The notes: generated by a model not told the origin, from the letters alone. A stretch of 64,000 nt of DNA from Candidatus Woesearchaeota archaeon (GCA_964578845.1 CAZOEF010000001.1:104591-168590), one strand, 5' to 3'; positions 29,323 through 39,210 are shown, counted from the first letter of the stretch. Numbers and translations are program-made.

Positions 29323-30549
29323 ATGAAAGCTAAAAGTATTTTTGGTTTTCTTGTATTGGCACTGGCACTTGTTTTGGTCTTACCAAATGCAAGCGCTTTT
29401 GTAGATATCACAGAAGTTGCTGTAAATGGAATCGAGGTCAGCACACCTCAGCCTAGCGGATCAGAGATCAACATAGGCTCATTTGCAGGAGATACAATTT
29501 CTGTAAGAACTACATTCGTAGCCATAAATGACGACAGAAGGACTCAGGTGACTGCTAGACTTATTGGTGAATCAGGTTCGCTTGAGGAATCAAGAGAGTT
29601 TACAGTTATCGGAGGAGTAACATACAGCGAGACTTTGCATCTTGCCCTGCCTAGCAATCTTGACAGGCTTGGTGAGACATTGACTCTGGAAGTGAGCGTC
29701 GAAGGAGAAGACAATGACCAGAGCATCGAGACAGAGATCGAATTGAACCTTCAGAGAGTAAATGAAGAAGTTGAGATCCTGTCAGTCGATCTTGCAAACG
29801 AAGTCCAGGCTGGAGAGAGTCTTGCAATTGATACTGTTCTTAAGAACAGGGGCAGAAACAGCGCGCAAGACAATTTTGTAAGAGCTAGCATCCCTGCATT
29901 AGGAATAAGCAGACAGGTTTTCCTTGGCGATTTAGACGCTGAAGACCTGACTGACGCAGATTTTGAGGATTCTGCTGCTGCAAGATTGTTATTAGCAATT
30001 CCAAGAAATGCTCCGGCAGGTGTTTACGATATTGAAGTGGAAGCTTTCAATGACGACACTAGCGCTATGGTGACTAGAAGAGTTGTTATTGTGAGCGGAG
30101 CTGCAGATAGCGAAGTAATCTCATCAACAATGAGCAGGACATTTGCTGTCGGCGAAGAAGCTACATACACTGTAACAATCGTGAATGCTGACAACAGGAT
30201 AAAGGTTTATGACCTTCAATTAGAAGCTGCAAATGGATTGACTGTTGATCTTGATGAGTCAACAGTGGCTGTTCCAGCAGGATCCAGCAAGACTGTCAGA
30301 TTGACAGCTGAAGCTTCCAAAGAAGGAACATACGACTTTGCTGTAAACGTCAACTCAGAAGGCGAACTAGTGAAGACTCAGAATTTTGTTGCCAATGTTG
30401 AAGGCAGAGCTAGAGCAGCCGGCGGAAACGCTGCAGTTGTCCTTACTGTCATCCTGGCAATAATCTTTGTTGTCCTACTAGTGGTATTAATTGCCTTACT
30501 AACAAGAAAGCCTGAAAAGCAAGAAGAATTCGGCGAAAGCTACTACTAA
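29323..30549 (+). CDS. Secreted cell-surface protein with signal peptide and C-terminal TM anchor (putative S-layer/adhesin-like)
   Basis: Signal peptide MKAKSIFGFLVLALALVLVLPNASA; Thr/Val/Asp-rich beta-type ectodomain with repeated ~100-aa segments; C-terminal AAVVLTVILAIIFVVLLVVLIALL followed by a basic tail. Confidence 0.55.
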   Translation: MKAKSIFGFLVLALALVLVLPNASAFVDITEVAVNGIEVSTPQPSGSEINIGSFAGDTISVRTTFVAINDDRRTQVTARLIGESGSLEESREFTVIGGVTYSETLHLALPSNLDRLGETLTLEVSVEGEDNDQSIETEIELNLQRVNEEVEILSVDLANEVQAGESLAIDTVLKNRGRNSAQDNFVRASIPALGISRQVFLGDLDAEDLTDADFEDSAAARLLLAIPRNAPAGVYDIEVEAFNDDTSAMVTRRVVIVSGAADSEVISSTMSRTFAVGEEATYTVTIVNADNRIKVYDLQLEAANGLTVDLDESTVAVPAGSSKTVRLTAEASKEGTYDFAVNVNSEGELVKTQNFVANVEGRARAAGGNAAVVLTVILAIIFVVLLVVLIALLTRKPEKQEEFGESYY

Positions 30550-30628
30550 ACTTATTTTAATTTTTTATTTTTATTTAGTAGCTTTTTTTCTTCTATATTT
30601 TTAAAAAGGGAGAAAATAAAAAAATAAT

Positions 30629-31138
30629 ATGTTAATTGATGAAACAAGGGTATTGCAATCAGCGCCATTGGAAGCTAACACTGAAATATATCTTCCTGAC
30701 GCTGCTTCTTCATTATATGCTGCTAGAATTAGAGCGTATGGATACAGACATCAAGAAATTTCTCCAAAACATATATTTGCGGGAATACTTGATGCTAAAC
30801 ACATTGATGAAATTCTTCAAAAAAGATCCGACCCAGAAGATATGAGAAGGGCAATAGGCAGCTATTTTGATCTTGGAAAGAAAAAAGATGCTTATCCTTC
30901 TCCCACATTAATACCTTTTTCTTCCGAGTCAATTGCTGCACTTAACCGTTCACTCCAGATAGCAGAGTATGAAATTGATTCTTCGCATTTACTCAGAGCC
31001 TTAATAGAAAGAAATGACGACCCTGTTCAAAGGTTTTTCAGAAAATTTGGAATTGGATTAGAAGAAATTTATTGCAGGCTGACAAATTTCAGTCAAGCTT
31101 CAAACTCAAGATCTTCGAGACCCCGTCATGCATACTGA
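30629..31138 (+). CDS. Standalone Clp N-terminal (Clp_N double-repeat) domain protein
   Basis: Two Clp_N repeats (...ISPKHIFAGILD... and ...IDSSHLLRALIE...) with no AAA+ module. Its 3' end overlaps the convergent smc by about 50 nt. Confidence 0.5.
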   Translation: MLIDETRVLQSAPLEANTEIYLPDAASSLYAARIRAYGYRHQEISPKHIFAGILDAKHIDEILQKRSDPEDMRRAIGSYFDLGKKKDAYPSPTLIPFSSESIAALNRSLQIAEYEIDSSHLLRALIERNDDPVQRFFRKFGIGLEEIYCRLTNFSQASNSRSSRPRHAY

Positions 31139-33956
31139 CTCCGTACAAGTGAGTTGAGTCGGTTATGATAGCATCATTATGGGTGACTATAACGTACTGC
31201 CCTGCCTTGATATATTTTTTCAGTAAAGCTGAAAGCCTTTCTGAGTTTCTTTTATCTAAAGCCGCGTCTATCTCATCAAAGATGTAGAAGTGATACGGTT
31301 TGTATTCCTGGATAGCAAATAATAATGACAAAGCTATTAATGTCTGCTCTCCTCCGGAAAGGGATGTGACGTCAAAGTATTTTCCCTTTGCCAGCCTGAT
31401 TGCGATATTTACTCCGCCACTAAATATATCTTCCTTGTTTTCCATCTCCAGGAACGCAGTTCCCTTAGAGTAGAGTTGAGAGAAATTGCTTGTGAAAATC
31501 TCGTTTATTCCCTTGAAGGTCTTCATGAATGTCCTCTTCTTTTTCTTATCTATCTCCTCTATTATCTTAAGAACTTCTTCTTTCTCTTTCTGCAATGTGT
31601 TTACTTTTTCCTGCACCCTGTCGTATTCAGCCTTTATCTCGTCATAAACCTCTAAAGCCCTCTGGTTTACTGACCCTATCTGCATTATTGCCTGTTGCGA
31701 TTTTTGAAGCCTTTCCTCTAACGAAGCAATAGATCCCTGGATCAGCTCAGAGCCTGAATAATCCTTAAGCTCCATCTCTAGAGACTCTCTCTCAGCATCA
31801 AGCTTTGCGTTCCCCACCTTGAGATAATTAACCTGGTCCTCTATTTGCCGTATTTCAGTCTGGAGATTTGAAAGATTATAGCTCTCCTGCTGCATTTTTT
31901 CCTGGAGTTCATCCCTGTCCTTGAAAAGTTTCTTGAAACGCTCATTAAGCTCCTTCTCTTCAGCGTCTTTCTTCTCTAATGTTTCAGATTTGCTTTCAAT
32001 CATCTCTGAGATGTCAGAAATCTCTGTCTCTATATCGATAAGATCCTTTTTGCTTCTCTTGACAACTTCCTGGCTTCTTTCAAGCTCCCTTTGCTTATAT
32101 AGCAAAGTTGTATCAAGATCCTTATCTGTCCTGGAAGAAATCTCCTCAATTTCCCTTAGAATAGTGTTATACTGCTCCTCTATCCTGGATGAATCAGTGG
32201 ACCTTTTATCAAGAGAGTCTCTTTTTGCCTCAAGTTCCTGCACTAATGTTTTTGTTGTCTTAGCTTCCTCAATTAGTTTCTTGAGATATTCCTGCTTATC
32301 CATGACTACATTGTGCTTGACCTGCTCTCTTTCTAGAGAATCTATTTTGGACTCTATTTCTTTGATTCTTTTTACAGCTGATTCCTTGTCTTCCCTTATC
32401 TTTTCAAGCTCCTTTCTTGATTGATCAATTAATTTTCTTGCAGCACTTATTTTATTGTCTGAATTTGTGATCACGTGATTCAAATGCTCAGGAGTCATTG
32501 TGTTCTGGCAAAGAGGACAGATGTCTATTCCCTGGACATTCTTCTTCGCTTCATCCGCTGACTCTATCTGGGTCTCTCCTGATGATATTTTTTTTGCATT
32601 GCTTATCTCTGCATCAGCTAAGGCAGATAATGAAGAATTCTTAGCTTCAAGCTCTTTTCTCAGTTTAGTTATCTCTTTTTCACATGACATGGCATCTTTA
32701 TGATTTAATTCAATAGAATACTCCTCTATCTGCTTAAGCAAAGAATCAGACTCAGCATCTAGTCTTGCAAGAGCTGATTGCTTTTCCTTGAGCCTCTCGC
32801 GGACATTGTTTATCTCTGTCTTCAAGGCATAGGATTTTTTCTTCTCTTCCTCAAGCCTCTCGAGATCTAATTTTTTCTTTTTTAATTCTTCCTGTTTTTT
32901 GGCGACTAAAGGAGACTCTTTACTAAGTTCATCAATCTCTGTCTGCAATTGCGGCAATGAAGACTGAATCTGCTCTATCCTGTGCTCTATCTCTGATTTG
33001 CGGTTCTCGTAATTCTCTTTTCTTACTTTTAATCCTTCCAGCTCTGCCCTTAAATTAGATATGCTCTCGTGCAGACTCTCCTGTTCAAGGCCTGTAGACT
33101 TCTGGATGTGCTTATTTATTTTAGTAATCTCCTCATTGAGAGTTTCTATTAATTTCTCTATTTGCTCAACATCTGAACGGATCTTGCCCTTCTGAGATGA
33201 TTTTGTCTCTATTGATGCCCGCACAGAATTCAATTCCTTATTCTTGTCCTCAATTTTCCTGGTTATTATAGATGCCTTGCATCTCTTTATTGTAGTTTCC
33301 AGCTCCTTGTACCTTAGGGCCTGAGACCTCTCCTTCTCAAGATTCCTTAAAAAGGATGTCCTCTCCCTAAGCACTGCTGAGATCTCTTTCAATTTTTCCT
33401 CTGTCTTTTCCAGCTCTTTTAGTGATTTTTCTTTTCTTGATTCATAGATAGCTATTCCAGCCACTTCTTCTATTATCTTTCTTCTTTCTTCAGGGTGCAT
33501 CTTAACTATTGCCTGTATTTGTCCTTGAAGAACCATATTGAATCCGTGCGGGTCAATGCCTGCGTGAGCTAGCATCTCTATGACTTCTGAACGTGTCTTA
33601 GTCTCCTCATTTATCTTGTATATGCTCTGGCCGTTATGCCTCACCACTCTCTTTATAGATATTTCCGGGTGTGGCAAAGCAAAAGTATTATTAGCATTAT
33701 CAAAAACTATTTCGACAGATGCCTCCTTGGATGGCTTGACATATTTAGATCCCATAAACAGTAGATTCTTGGCTTTAGCAGCCCTCATGGATTTTATTGA
33801 TAGCCTTCCTAAAACAAAGCATAGAGCGTCAGAGATATTTGATTTGCCTGACCCGTTAGGCCCGACTATGACATTGATGCCATTATCTAAAAGAATCTCT
33901 GTTTTATTAGCGAATGACTTGAAGCCCTGCATTGACATCTTCTTTATATAAGTCAT
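31089..33956 (-). CDS. smc: Chromosome segregation protein SMC (short form, 955 aa)
   Basis: N-terminal Walker A GPNGSGKSN, long coiled coils, a hinge, and C-terminal signature LSGGEQTL with Walker B FYIFDEIDAALD. Confidence 0.9.
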   Translation of the reverse strand: MTYIKKMSMQGFKSFANKTEILLDNGINVIVGPNGSGKSNISDALCFVLGRLSIKSMRAAKAKNLLFMGSKYVKPSKEASVEIVFDNANNTFALPHPEISIKRVVRHNGQSIYKINEETKTRSEVIEMLAHAGIDPHGFNMVLQGQIQAIVKMHPEERRKIIEEVAGIAIYESRKEKSLKELEKTEEKLKEISAVLRERTSFLRNLEKERSQALRYKELETTIKRCKASIITRKIEDKNKELNSVRASIETKSSQKGKIRSDVEQIEKLIETLNEEITKINKHIQKSTGLEQESLHESISNLRAELEGLKVRKENYENRKSEIEHRIEQIQSSLPQLQTEIDELSKESPLVAKKQEELKKKKLDLERLEEEKKKSYALKTEINNVRERLKEKQSALARLDAESDSLLKQIEEYSIELNHKDAMSCEKEITKLRKELEAKNSSLSALADAEISNAKKISSGETQIESADEAKKNVQGIDICPLCQNTMTPEHLNHVITNSDNKISAARKLIDQSRKELEKIREDKESAVKRIKEIESKIDSLEREQVKHNVVMDKQEYLKKLIEEAKTTKTLVQELEAKRDSLDKRSTDSSRIEEQYNTILREIEEISSRTDKDLDTTLLYKQRELERSQEVVKRSKKDLIDIETEISDISEMIESKSETLEKKDAEEKELNERFKKLFKDRDELQEKMQQESYNLSNLQTEIRQIEDQVNYLKVGNAKLDAERESLEMELKDYSGSELIQGSIASLEERLQKSQQAIMQIGSVNQRALEVYDEIKAEYDRVQEKVNTLQKEKEEVLKIIEEIDKKKKRTFMKTFKGINEIFTSNFSQLYSKGTAFLEMENKEDIFSGGVNIAIRLAKGKYFDVTSLSGGEQTLIALSLLFAIQEYKPYHFYIFDEIDAALDKRNSERLSALLKKYIKAGQYVIVTHNDAIITDSTHLYGVSMHDGVSKILSLKLD

Positions 33957-33964
33957 GGATATAA

Positions 33965-34384
33965 TTGCCTAAAGAGTTATTTAAAGGTTATTTTGGGGGG
34001 GATAATAAGGTTTTTATTCGAAGGAATATCTTTCTTTTCATGCCATTAGAAGGTATATGCCATTCAGATGAGTTCCTGATAAGGAAATATAACGAAAGGA
34101 GGGCAGAGGTTAGCGGACATCAGCATCCAAATTCTGAATTTACTCCGGAGGACCTGAATGGCAAGACAATGATAAACTTCAGAAGGCTAGACACCGGAGG
34201 AGATAACCCTCGTTTTATCCAGTCCTGGGATTATGATAATGGAGAATCATTGCTTATAGGTCTTGAGGGAATGCACGATTATTCAAATATCCATTGCTTT
34301 CTCGTTGACAAAGATGGAGATGATAGATATGCCAATGGAATGTCCATATTCAGTGGAGACAATTTGATGGATTATCCTGGATGA
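33965..34384 (+). CDS. Hypothetical protein (139 aa)
   Basis: ORF divergent from smc. No recognised motif. The true start may be internal. Confidence 0.3.
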   Translation: MPKELFKGYFGGDNKVFIRRNIFLFMPLEGICHSDEFLIRKYNERRAEVSGHQHPNSEFTPEDLNGKTMINFRRLDTGGDNPRFIQSWDYDNGESLLIGLEGMHDYSNIHCFLVDKDGDDRYANGMSIFSGDNLMDYPG

Positions 34385-34387
34385 TCA

Positions 34388-35458
34388 TTACTTCTTGAAA
34401 TTATCAATGTTTATATTCTGCCTTGGGAGGGCGAAAGATATTTTCTCCTTCTCGAAGGCTTCCCTTATCTTGAAGTTTATCTCCTGCTGGACATCCATAT
34501 AGATATTGTAGTCAGGGCTGGTCACGTGATATATAGTCTCGTAATTCAAGCTGAAATTACCAAATTCCTTGAAATGTGTCCTGTCAAACCTGGCGTACTT
34601 TGTTGAACTTACTGCTTCTTTGATTATATTATTTATCTTCTTTAGCTTTGCTGTAGAAGTTGAATATTCCACTCCTATGTTGAAGGCTATTCTCCTCTCT
34701 TCCATCCTTTTATAATTATTCACTCTTGCTGAAGTCAATTCAGAATTAGATATTATCAGTTCCTGTCCGCCAAGAGATTGTATTCTTGTAGTCTTTATCC
34801 CTATATTCTTAACTGTTCCCATATCATTTCCGACAATTATGAAATCCCCTTCCTTGAAAGGCTTATCAAAATAAATTGCAAAAGCTGCAAATAAATCAGC
34901 CAACACAGACTGCAATGCTATTGCTATAGCTATTCCGCCAACTCCTAAAGAAGCTACCAGAGGAGTTATCTCTATGCCTAAATTAGCTAATACCATCAGT
35001 AGAGCTAGCGCATAGATAACTATCTTGAATATAATCCCAAAAGTCTTGATCATTGAAGAATTTGCAGGGTCATCAGATTTCTTTCTCTTCTTGATCTGCT
35101 CGTTTGTGAAATAGTCAACTACTCTTACTAACCCCTGAGATACATAGAAGATCACAAAAATTAGCAGCAATATCCAGATAACCCTATCTATTATTTCAGG
35201 CAAGATTAAAATAGAGGCAGCCACATAAAAACTAACATAAGCATAGAACTGCCAGTTTATGGCGCTGATGAAATCTATCGCCAGATCATCCCACTTTATT
35301 TTTGTTTTTTTGGAAGTCTTCTTAAAAAATACTACAATATATTTATCAAACAGCTTAAGAAGAATAAATAATCCAAGAAATACACCTAAGGCTATCAAAT
35401 AATCCTGCCCTGTATTGTTCCAATAAGTAGCTATTAAAAACTGATCAAAAGTCACCAT
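34388..35458 (-). CDS. Small-conductance mechanosensitive channel (MscS family)
   Basis: N-terminal TM helices, pore helix ...LGVGGIAIAIALQSVLADLFA..., and an MscS beta-domain. Confidence 0.8.
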   Translation of the reverse strand: MVTFDQFLIATYWNNTGQDYLIALGVFLGLFILLKLFDKYIVVFFKKTSKKTKIKWDDLAIDFISAINWQFYAYVSFYVAASILILPEIIDRVIWILLLIFVIFYVSQGLVRVVDYFTNEQIKKRKKSDDPANSSMIKTFGIIFKIVIYALALLMVLANLGIEITPLVASLGVGGIAIAIALQSVLADLFAAFAIYFDKPFKEGDFIIVGNDMGTVKNIGIKTTRIQSLGGQELIISNSELTSARVNNYKRMEERRIAFNIGVEYSTSTAKLKKINNIIKEAVSSTKYARFDRTHFKEFGNFSLNYETIYHVTSPDYNIYMDVQQEINFKIREAFEKEKISFALPRQNINIDNFKK

Positions 35459-35532
35459 CTTTTTGAAAGGGTAATTTTTCTTTTAAATAATTTACTGCTA
35501 ATGCTTAAATAACCCCTAACACCTAGAAAAAT

Positions 35533-35919
35533 ATGAGAAAGGCTCTTGAAGAATCAATAATCGAATTTGACAGGACATTAGGATTAAATGAAATTACCGA
35601 TTATATTGGATTTATCTCTGATGAACTGGAATGTTTGATAAGATATAATAAAGATATTGGAGCAACAGTGAATGAAGGAGAGAATATAGACAGTGTGGTT
35701 ATAAGGGGATGTATTATTCCCAAGAAAGACAGCATTTATACCAGAGAAAAAGGAATTTTAGTAAAGTTTAAAAGTGAATTTGATCCAGATGATTTCACTA
35801 AGACAAGGGCTATAAGGATTGACAGGAATTTTGATATAAAGGTTATGCCGAAAGGATACAGGATGCTCTGGGAAAATGTCCGTGAAGCAACAAAAAAATA
35901 TTTCTCTTCAGTAATCTAA
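35533..35919 (+). CDS. Hypothetical protein (128 aa)
   Basis: Clean ORF. No recognised motif. Confidence 0.35.
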   Translation: MRKALEESIIEFDRTLGLNEITDYIGFISDELECLIRYNKDIGATVNEGENIDSVVIRGCIIPKKDSIYTREKGILVKFKSEFDPDDFTKTRAIRIDRNFDIKVMPKGYRMLWENVREATKKYFSSVI

Positions 35920-36570
35920 AAGCTTCTTCTGCCCTGGAGCAGGGAAAAGCGCTGTCCAGGTAGACCAAGATTTCCTGAAAATCCCTGAGTCTTTCAGCTT
36001 TTCTCCATTTTCCCTGAGGAATATTTTTGTCGCTGGATCAGAGGCATATCCTGAACCAATATCACCATAAATAGATTTAAGTTTTGTGACTTCCTCTTCC
36101 CTTTTTACTTTTGCTAAAATAGATGCTGCTGCGACTGAAGGATAATTGAAATCTGCCTTATGCTCGCATTTTATGGTAAGATTTGATTTGTTCTCTATAT
36201 ACGAAATAAGCTGGTTTTTCCAAGAGATAGTATTTACCGACGGACAATCCACTATCACAGTTATCTGCTCATCCAGAACATTCAATACATTTATTATTTC
36301 AGCGGCTTTCTTTGCTTCGAGTACGTTTAATTCTCCCTTTGCTACAGATGAGTCTATTTCAATAGGATCAGAAGTGACAACATGTGATTTGATACAATTT
36401 CCATTTATTAATGATGTCAGTTCTACTCTTTTTATCTGCGAGAGAAGTTTTGAATCAGTCACCTTGCCCTTTAAGGTTTCTTCGTGAGAAGGATTTATCA
36501 AGACCCCTGCCAGGACCATTGGACCAATTATCGGACCTCTTCCGGCATCATCTATTCCAAGGATCAGCAT
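35908..36570 (-). CDS. rnhB: Ribonuclease HII (start at internal Met MLILGIDDAGRG)
   Basis: LGIDDAGRGPIIGPMV (RNase HII DEAGRG active site) plus conserved downstream segments. Confidence 0.85.
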   Translation of the reverse strand: MLILGIDDAGRGPIIGPMVLAGVLINPSHEETLKGKVTDSKLLSQIKRVELTSLINGNCIKSHVVTSDPIEIDSSVAKGELNVLEAKKAAEIINVLNVLDEQITVIVDCPSVNTISWKNQLISYIENKSNLTIKCEHKADFNYPSVAAASILAKVKREEEVTKLKSIYGDIGSGYASDPATKIFLRENGEKLKDSGIFRKSWSTWTALFPAPGQKKLLDY

Positions 36571-36610
36571 TAAGAGAGAAAAAACCGTCTCTATAAAAAT
36601 ATTGCTATTA

Positions 36611-37471
36611 TCAATAGAGTTTATCAAATTTTTTTATTGCTGATTTTAGAGATTTCCTTTTTTTATTGAAATCTTTCCAGGAATCTTTTAGCCTTGATGC
36701 ATGTTTTAAGATATAATTTTGATGTCTGAAGGATTTTAGCTCTTTCCATTTCAGCGGGACAGCTATTGGTGCATTTTCTATCGGCCTTAATGAATATGGA
36801 ATTACTGATAACTGGGCTCTTTCATTTCTTAGATGATCTATGAATATTTTATTTTCCCTCTTGTCTTTTCTTTGCTCTATTGTAAACCTCTCAGGACTGG
36901 AGTTTACTGTCAATTCTGCGAGCCTTCTTGTAAATTGCTTGACTTCCTTGAAGTTTAATTCTGGTTTTATCGGACTAACTATATGAAGCCCTTTTATTCC
37001 TGTAGACATCAAGTATGGCTCTAGACCTATATGCTCAAGAATCTTTTTTATATATTCAGCGCCGGCCTTAACATCTTCCAGTTTCAAAGAATCAGGCGGA
37101 TCTATATCTAGGACTATTTTATCAGGCTTATTTATTGAATCTATTGTAGACATCCAGCCGTGGAAAGTTATGACTGCCTGGTTTATTAAATATAATAATG
37201 ATTTTTTATCATTGACTATTACATAAGTTGTCTGGTCTATCTTCTGCGTTTTGATATATGAAGGGAAGTAATCTGAAGCGTTTTTTTGATAGAATCCTTC
37301 GTCCTTTATGCCGTCAGGGTATCTTTCAAGAGCTAGCGGCCTGTCTTTCATGAATGGCAGCATAAATTTTGAGACTTTATGATAATAGTCAGCTACATCT
37401 TTCTTATCTATTTTGGATCCAGGAAAGAGGATTTTTTCAGGCCTAGAGATTTCTGCCTCATCTTCATTCAT
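36611..37471 (-). CDS. Standalone LigD-type polymerase/primase (PolDom, archaeo-eukaryotic primase fold) protein
   Basis: ...RYPDGIKDEGFYQKN..., ...HGW..., ...KIVLDIDPP..., ...STGIKGLHIVSPI..., ...SVIPYSLRP... match the NHEJ LigD Pol domain motifs. Start placed at the internal Met (MNEDEAE...). Confidence 0.7.
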   Translation of the reverse strand: MNEDEAEISRPEKILFPGSKIDKKDVADYYHKVSKFMLPFMKDRPLALERYPDGIKDEGFYQKNASDYFPSYIKTQKIDQTTYVIVNDKKSLLYLINQAVITFHGWMSTIDSINKPDKIVLDIDPPDSLKLEDVKAGAEYIKKILEHIGLEPYLMSTGIKGLHIVSPIKPELNFKEVKQFTRRLAELTVNSSPERFTIEQRKDKRENKIFIDHLRNERAQLSVIPYSLRPIENAPIAVPLKWKELKSFRHQNYILKHASRLKDSWKDFNKKRKSLKSAIKKFDKLY

Positions 37472-37504
37472 TAATATTATAAATTCCAGGATATTAATAA
37501 GTAA

Positions 37505-37915
37505 ATGCTGTCTAAGATATACATAAACTGTGATGGAGGTGCTCGCGGAAACCCCGGGTCTGCTGCAATAGGCGTGACCATCAGGGATGAGAAGGATGAT
37601 TATCTTGAGAGATTCAAGAAAACTATCGGGAGAGCCACAAACAATGTTGCTGAATATCACGGGTTGATAAAGGCTTTAGAACTAGCTGCTAAATATACCA
37701 GAAAAGAAGTTGTTGTGATAATGGATTCTGAGTTGATTATCAAACAGATGAGGGGGGAGTATATAGTCAAGTCTCTGTTATTAAAACCACTTTTCTTAGA
37801 GGCTAAAGAACTTGCGAAGAATTTTGAGAAAGTCACTTATAAACATGTTAGTAGATGGGACAAATTCCAGAGGAAAGCTGATGAGTTAGTCAATCAGGCG
37901 TTAGATGGAGTTTAA
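37505..37915 (+). CDS. rnhA: Ribonuclease HI (type 1 RNase H)
   Basis: INCDGGARGNPG...NNVAEYHGLIKAL...MDSELII...: the RNase H1 DEDD catalytic pattern. Confidence 0.7.
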   Translation: MLSKIYINCDGGARGNPGSAAIGVTIRDEKDDYLERFKKTIGRATNNVAEYHGLIKALELAAKYTRKEVVVIMDSELIIKQMRGEYIVKSLLLKPLFLEAKELAKNFEKVTYKHVSRWDKFQRKADELVNQALDGV

Positions 37916-38464
37916 TGCTGAAGGTAATTCTTTTACACCGTCTTCTTCTGTGAAGTGGCCTTTATCATGCTCAACAATTATTTGTGCATTTAGATTTTCC
38001 TTGAATATATCTTTGTCAGATATTGGGACGTAAGGATCATTGTCTGAGAAAATGCAAGTGAAATTCGCGTGTGACTTGACTTTTTCAAAATCTATCGGAG
38101 TTATTAGCCATGGCTCTGCGACTTCTGCAGCGCCTTCCTCTTCTTCTATGCCCTGCAGATGCAGCCAAGGGGCAATAAGGACAACTTTTCCAACTTTTAC
38201 GTCTTCAGGAAGTGTTTCTAAATATCTCAGTATTGTCTGGCAGCCGATGCTGTGCCCGAAAAAATAAGTATTCTCATCTGAGTCTTGACAGATTTCCTTG
38301 ATCTTATTTACCCAAGAATTTATTTGAGGATTGTCTGTATCAGGCATTTCAGGAACTATTACTTCAAACCCCCTAGATTCTAGTTCAGAAGCAAGCCATT
38401 TGTAAAGCCCTTCGTCGGGATTTCCTCCCCAGCGATGGATAATGAAAGCCTTCATTAATTTCAA
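37901..38464 (-). CDS. Alpha/beta serine hydrolase, YdeN/RBBP9-like
   Basis: 187 aa, MKAFIIHRWGGNP..., GHSIGC (GxSxG), and a C-terminal DxxH pattern, as in the YdeN/RBBP9 family. Confidence 0.6.
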   Translation of the reverse strand: MKLMKAFIIHRWGGNPDEGLYKWLASELESRGFEVIVPEMPDTDNPQINSWVNKIKEICQDSDENTYFFGHSIGCQTILRYLETLPEDVKVGKVVLIAPWLHLQGIEEEEGAAEVAEPWLITPIDFEKVKSHANFTCIFSDNDPYVPISDKDIFKENLNAQIIVEHDKGHFTEEDGVKELPSALNSI

Positions 38465-38490
38465 GAAAAGGAAATTATTAATAAATATAT

Positions 38491-39096
38491 CTACTCTCTA
38501 GTCATCGCCCCATTCCTTACCTTAAGTTCTCTGACTTTCATATTCTTGTCTATGTAAAAAGCTGAGAAAGTTATGTCGTAGCCTTCGGTCGGCTTGTCTT
38601 TTAAGAGGATTTTCATTTTTTTTGCCAAATGGATCACTGATTTGCCTGTTCCGTTTTTAGAGGAATATTCTTTTCTTTCTATCCTTATCAAGACTTCTAT
38701 CCATTCACTAGCTCCTGCTGAAGCCATCTCGTGCTTTATGAATTCAAGGTCTTCAGTTGATAGGCTGTTCTGCTTTGACCTGGGCAGTTCCCTATTTGAG
38801 CGGTTTATGACATGGCTATGGAAACCTCCAACAATCTTGTTTCTAAAGTACTTCTTTCTCTTTACAAGCTCGTCTAAGCTTCTTAAACGGCTCACAGCCT
38901 CATAATTCCCATAGGATACTGAAGTAGGCTTCCTTGCTGCTGTAACGAACTGGTAAGCGTTAGATATGAAAAATACCCCGTTCTTTTCTTTTCCATAGAT
39001 TTCACCCATAACTTCTTTAGGCCAGGACTCTATGACTGACCGGATCATAGTGTAATAAGAACTTTCATTCAATTTGACGGATAATATTTTTGCCAT
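38491..39096 (-). CDS. Putative JAB/MPN-domain protein (degenerate JAMM motif)
   Basis: E...GEIYG... then GGFHSH...SLSTED resembles the JAMM E / HxH / SxxD arrangement, but with a longer loop than the canonical x7 spacing. Confidence 0.35.
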   Translation of the reverse strand: MAKILSVKLNESSYYTMIRSVIESWPKEVMGEIYGKEKNGVFFISNAYQFVTAARKPTSVSYGNYEAVSRLRSLDELVKRKKYFRNKIVGGFHSHVINRSNRELPRSKQNSLSTEDLEFIKHEMASAGASEWIEVLIRIERKEYSSKNGTGKSVIHLAKKMKILLKDKPTEGYDITFSAFYIDKNMKVRELKVRNGAMTRE

Positions 39097-39210
39097 GTGG
39101 CAAGACGCTAAATTTTCTTTAAAAATATTTTGTCACTGGTGAATGAGTGAATTGTCCTGAATAATATATTTTTGACAACGACATAACTTTTAAAGGCCTT
39201 TAAAAAGGGA

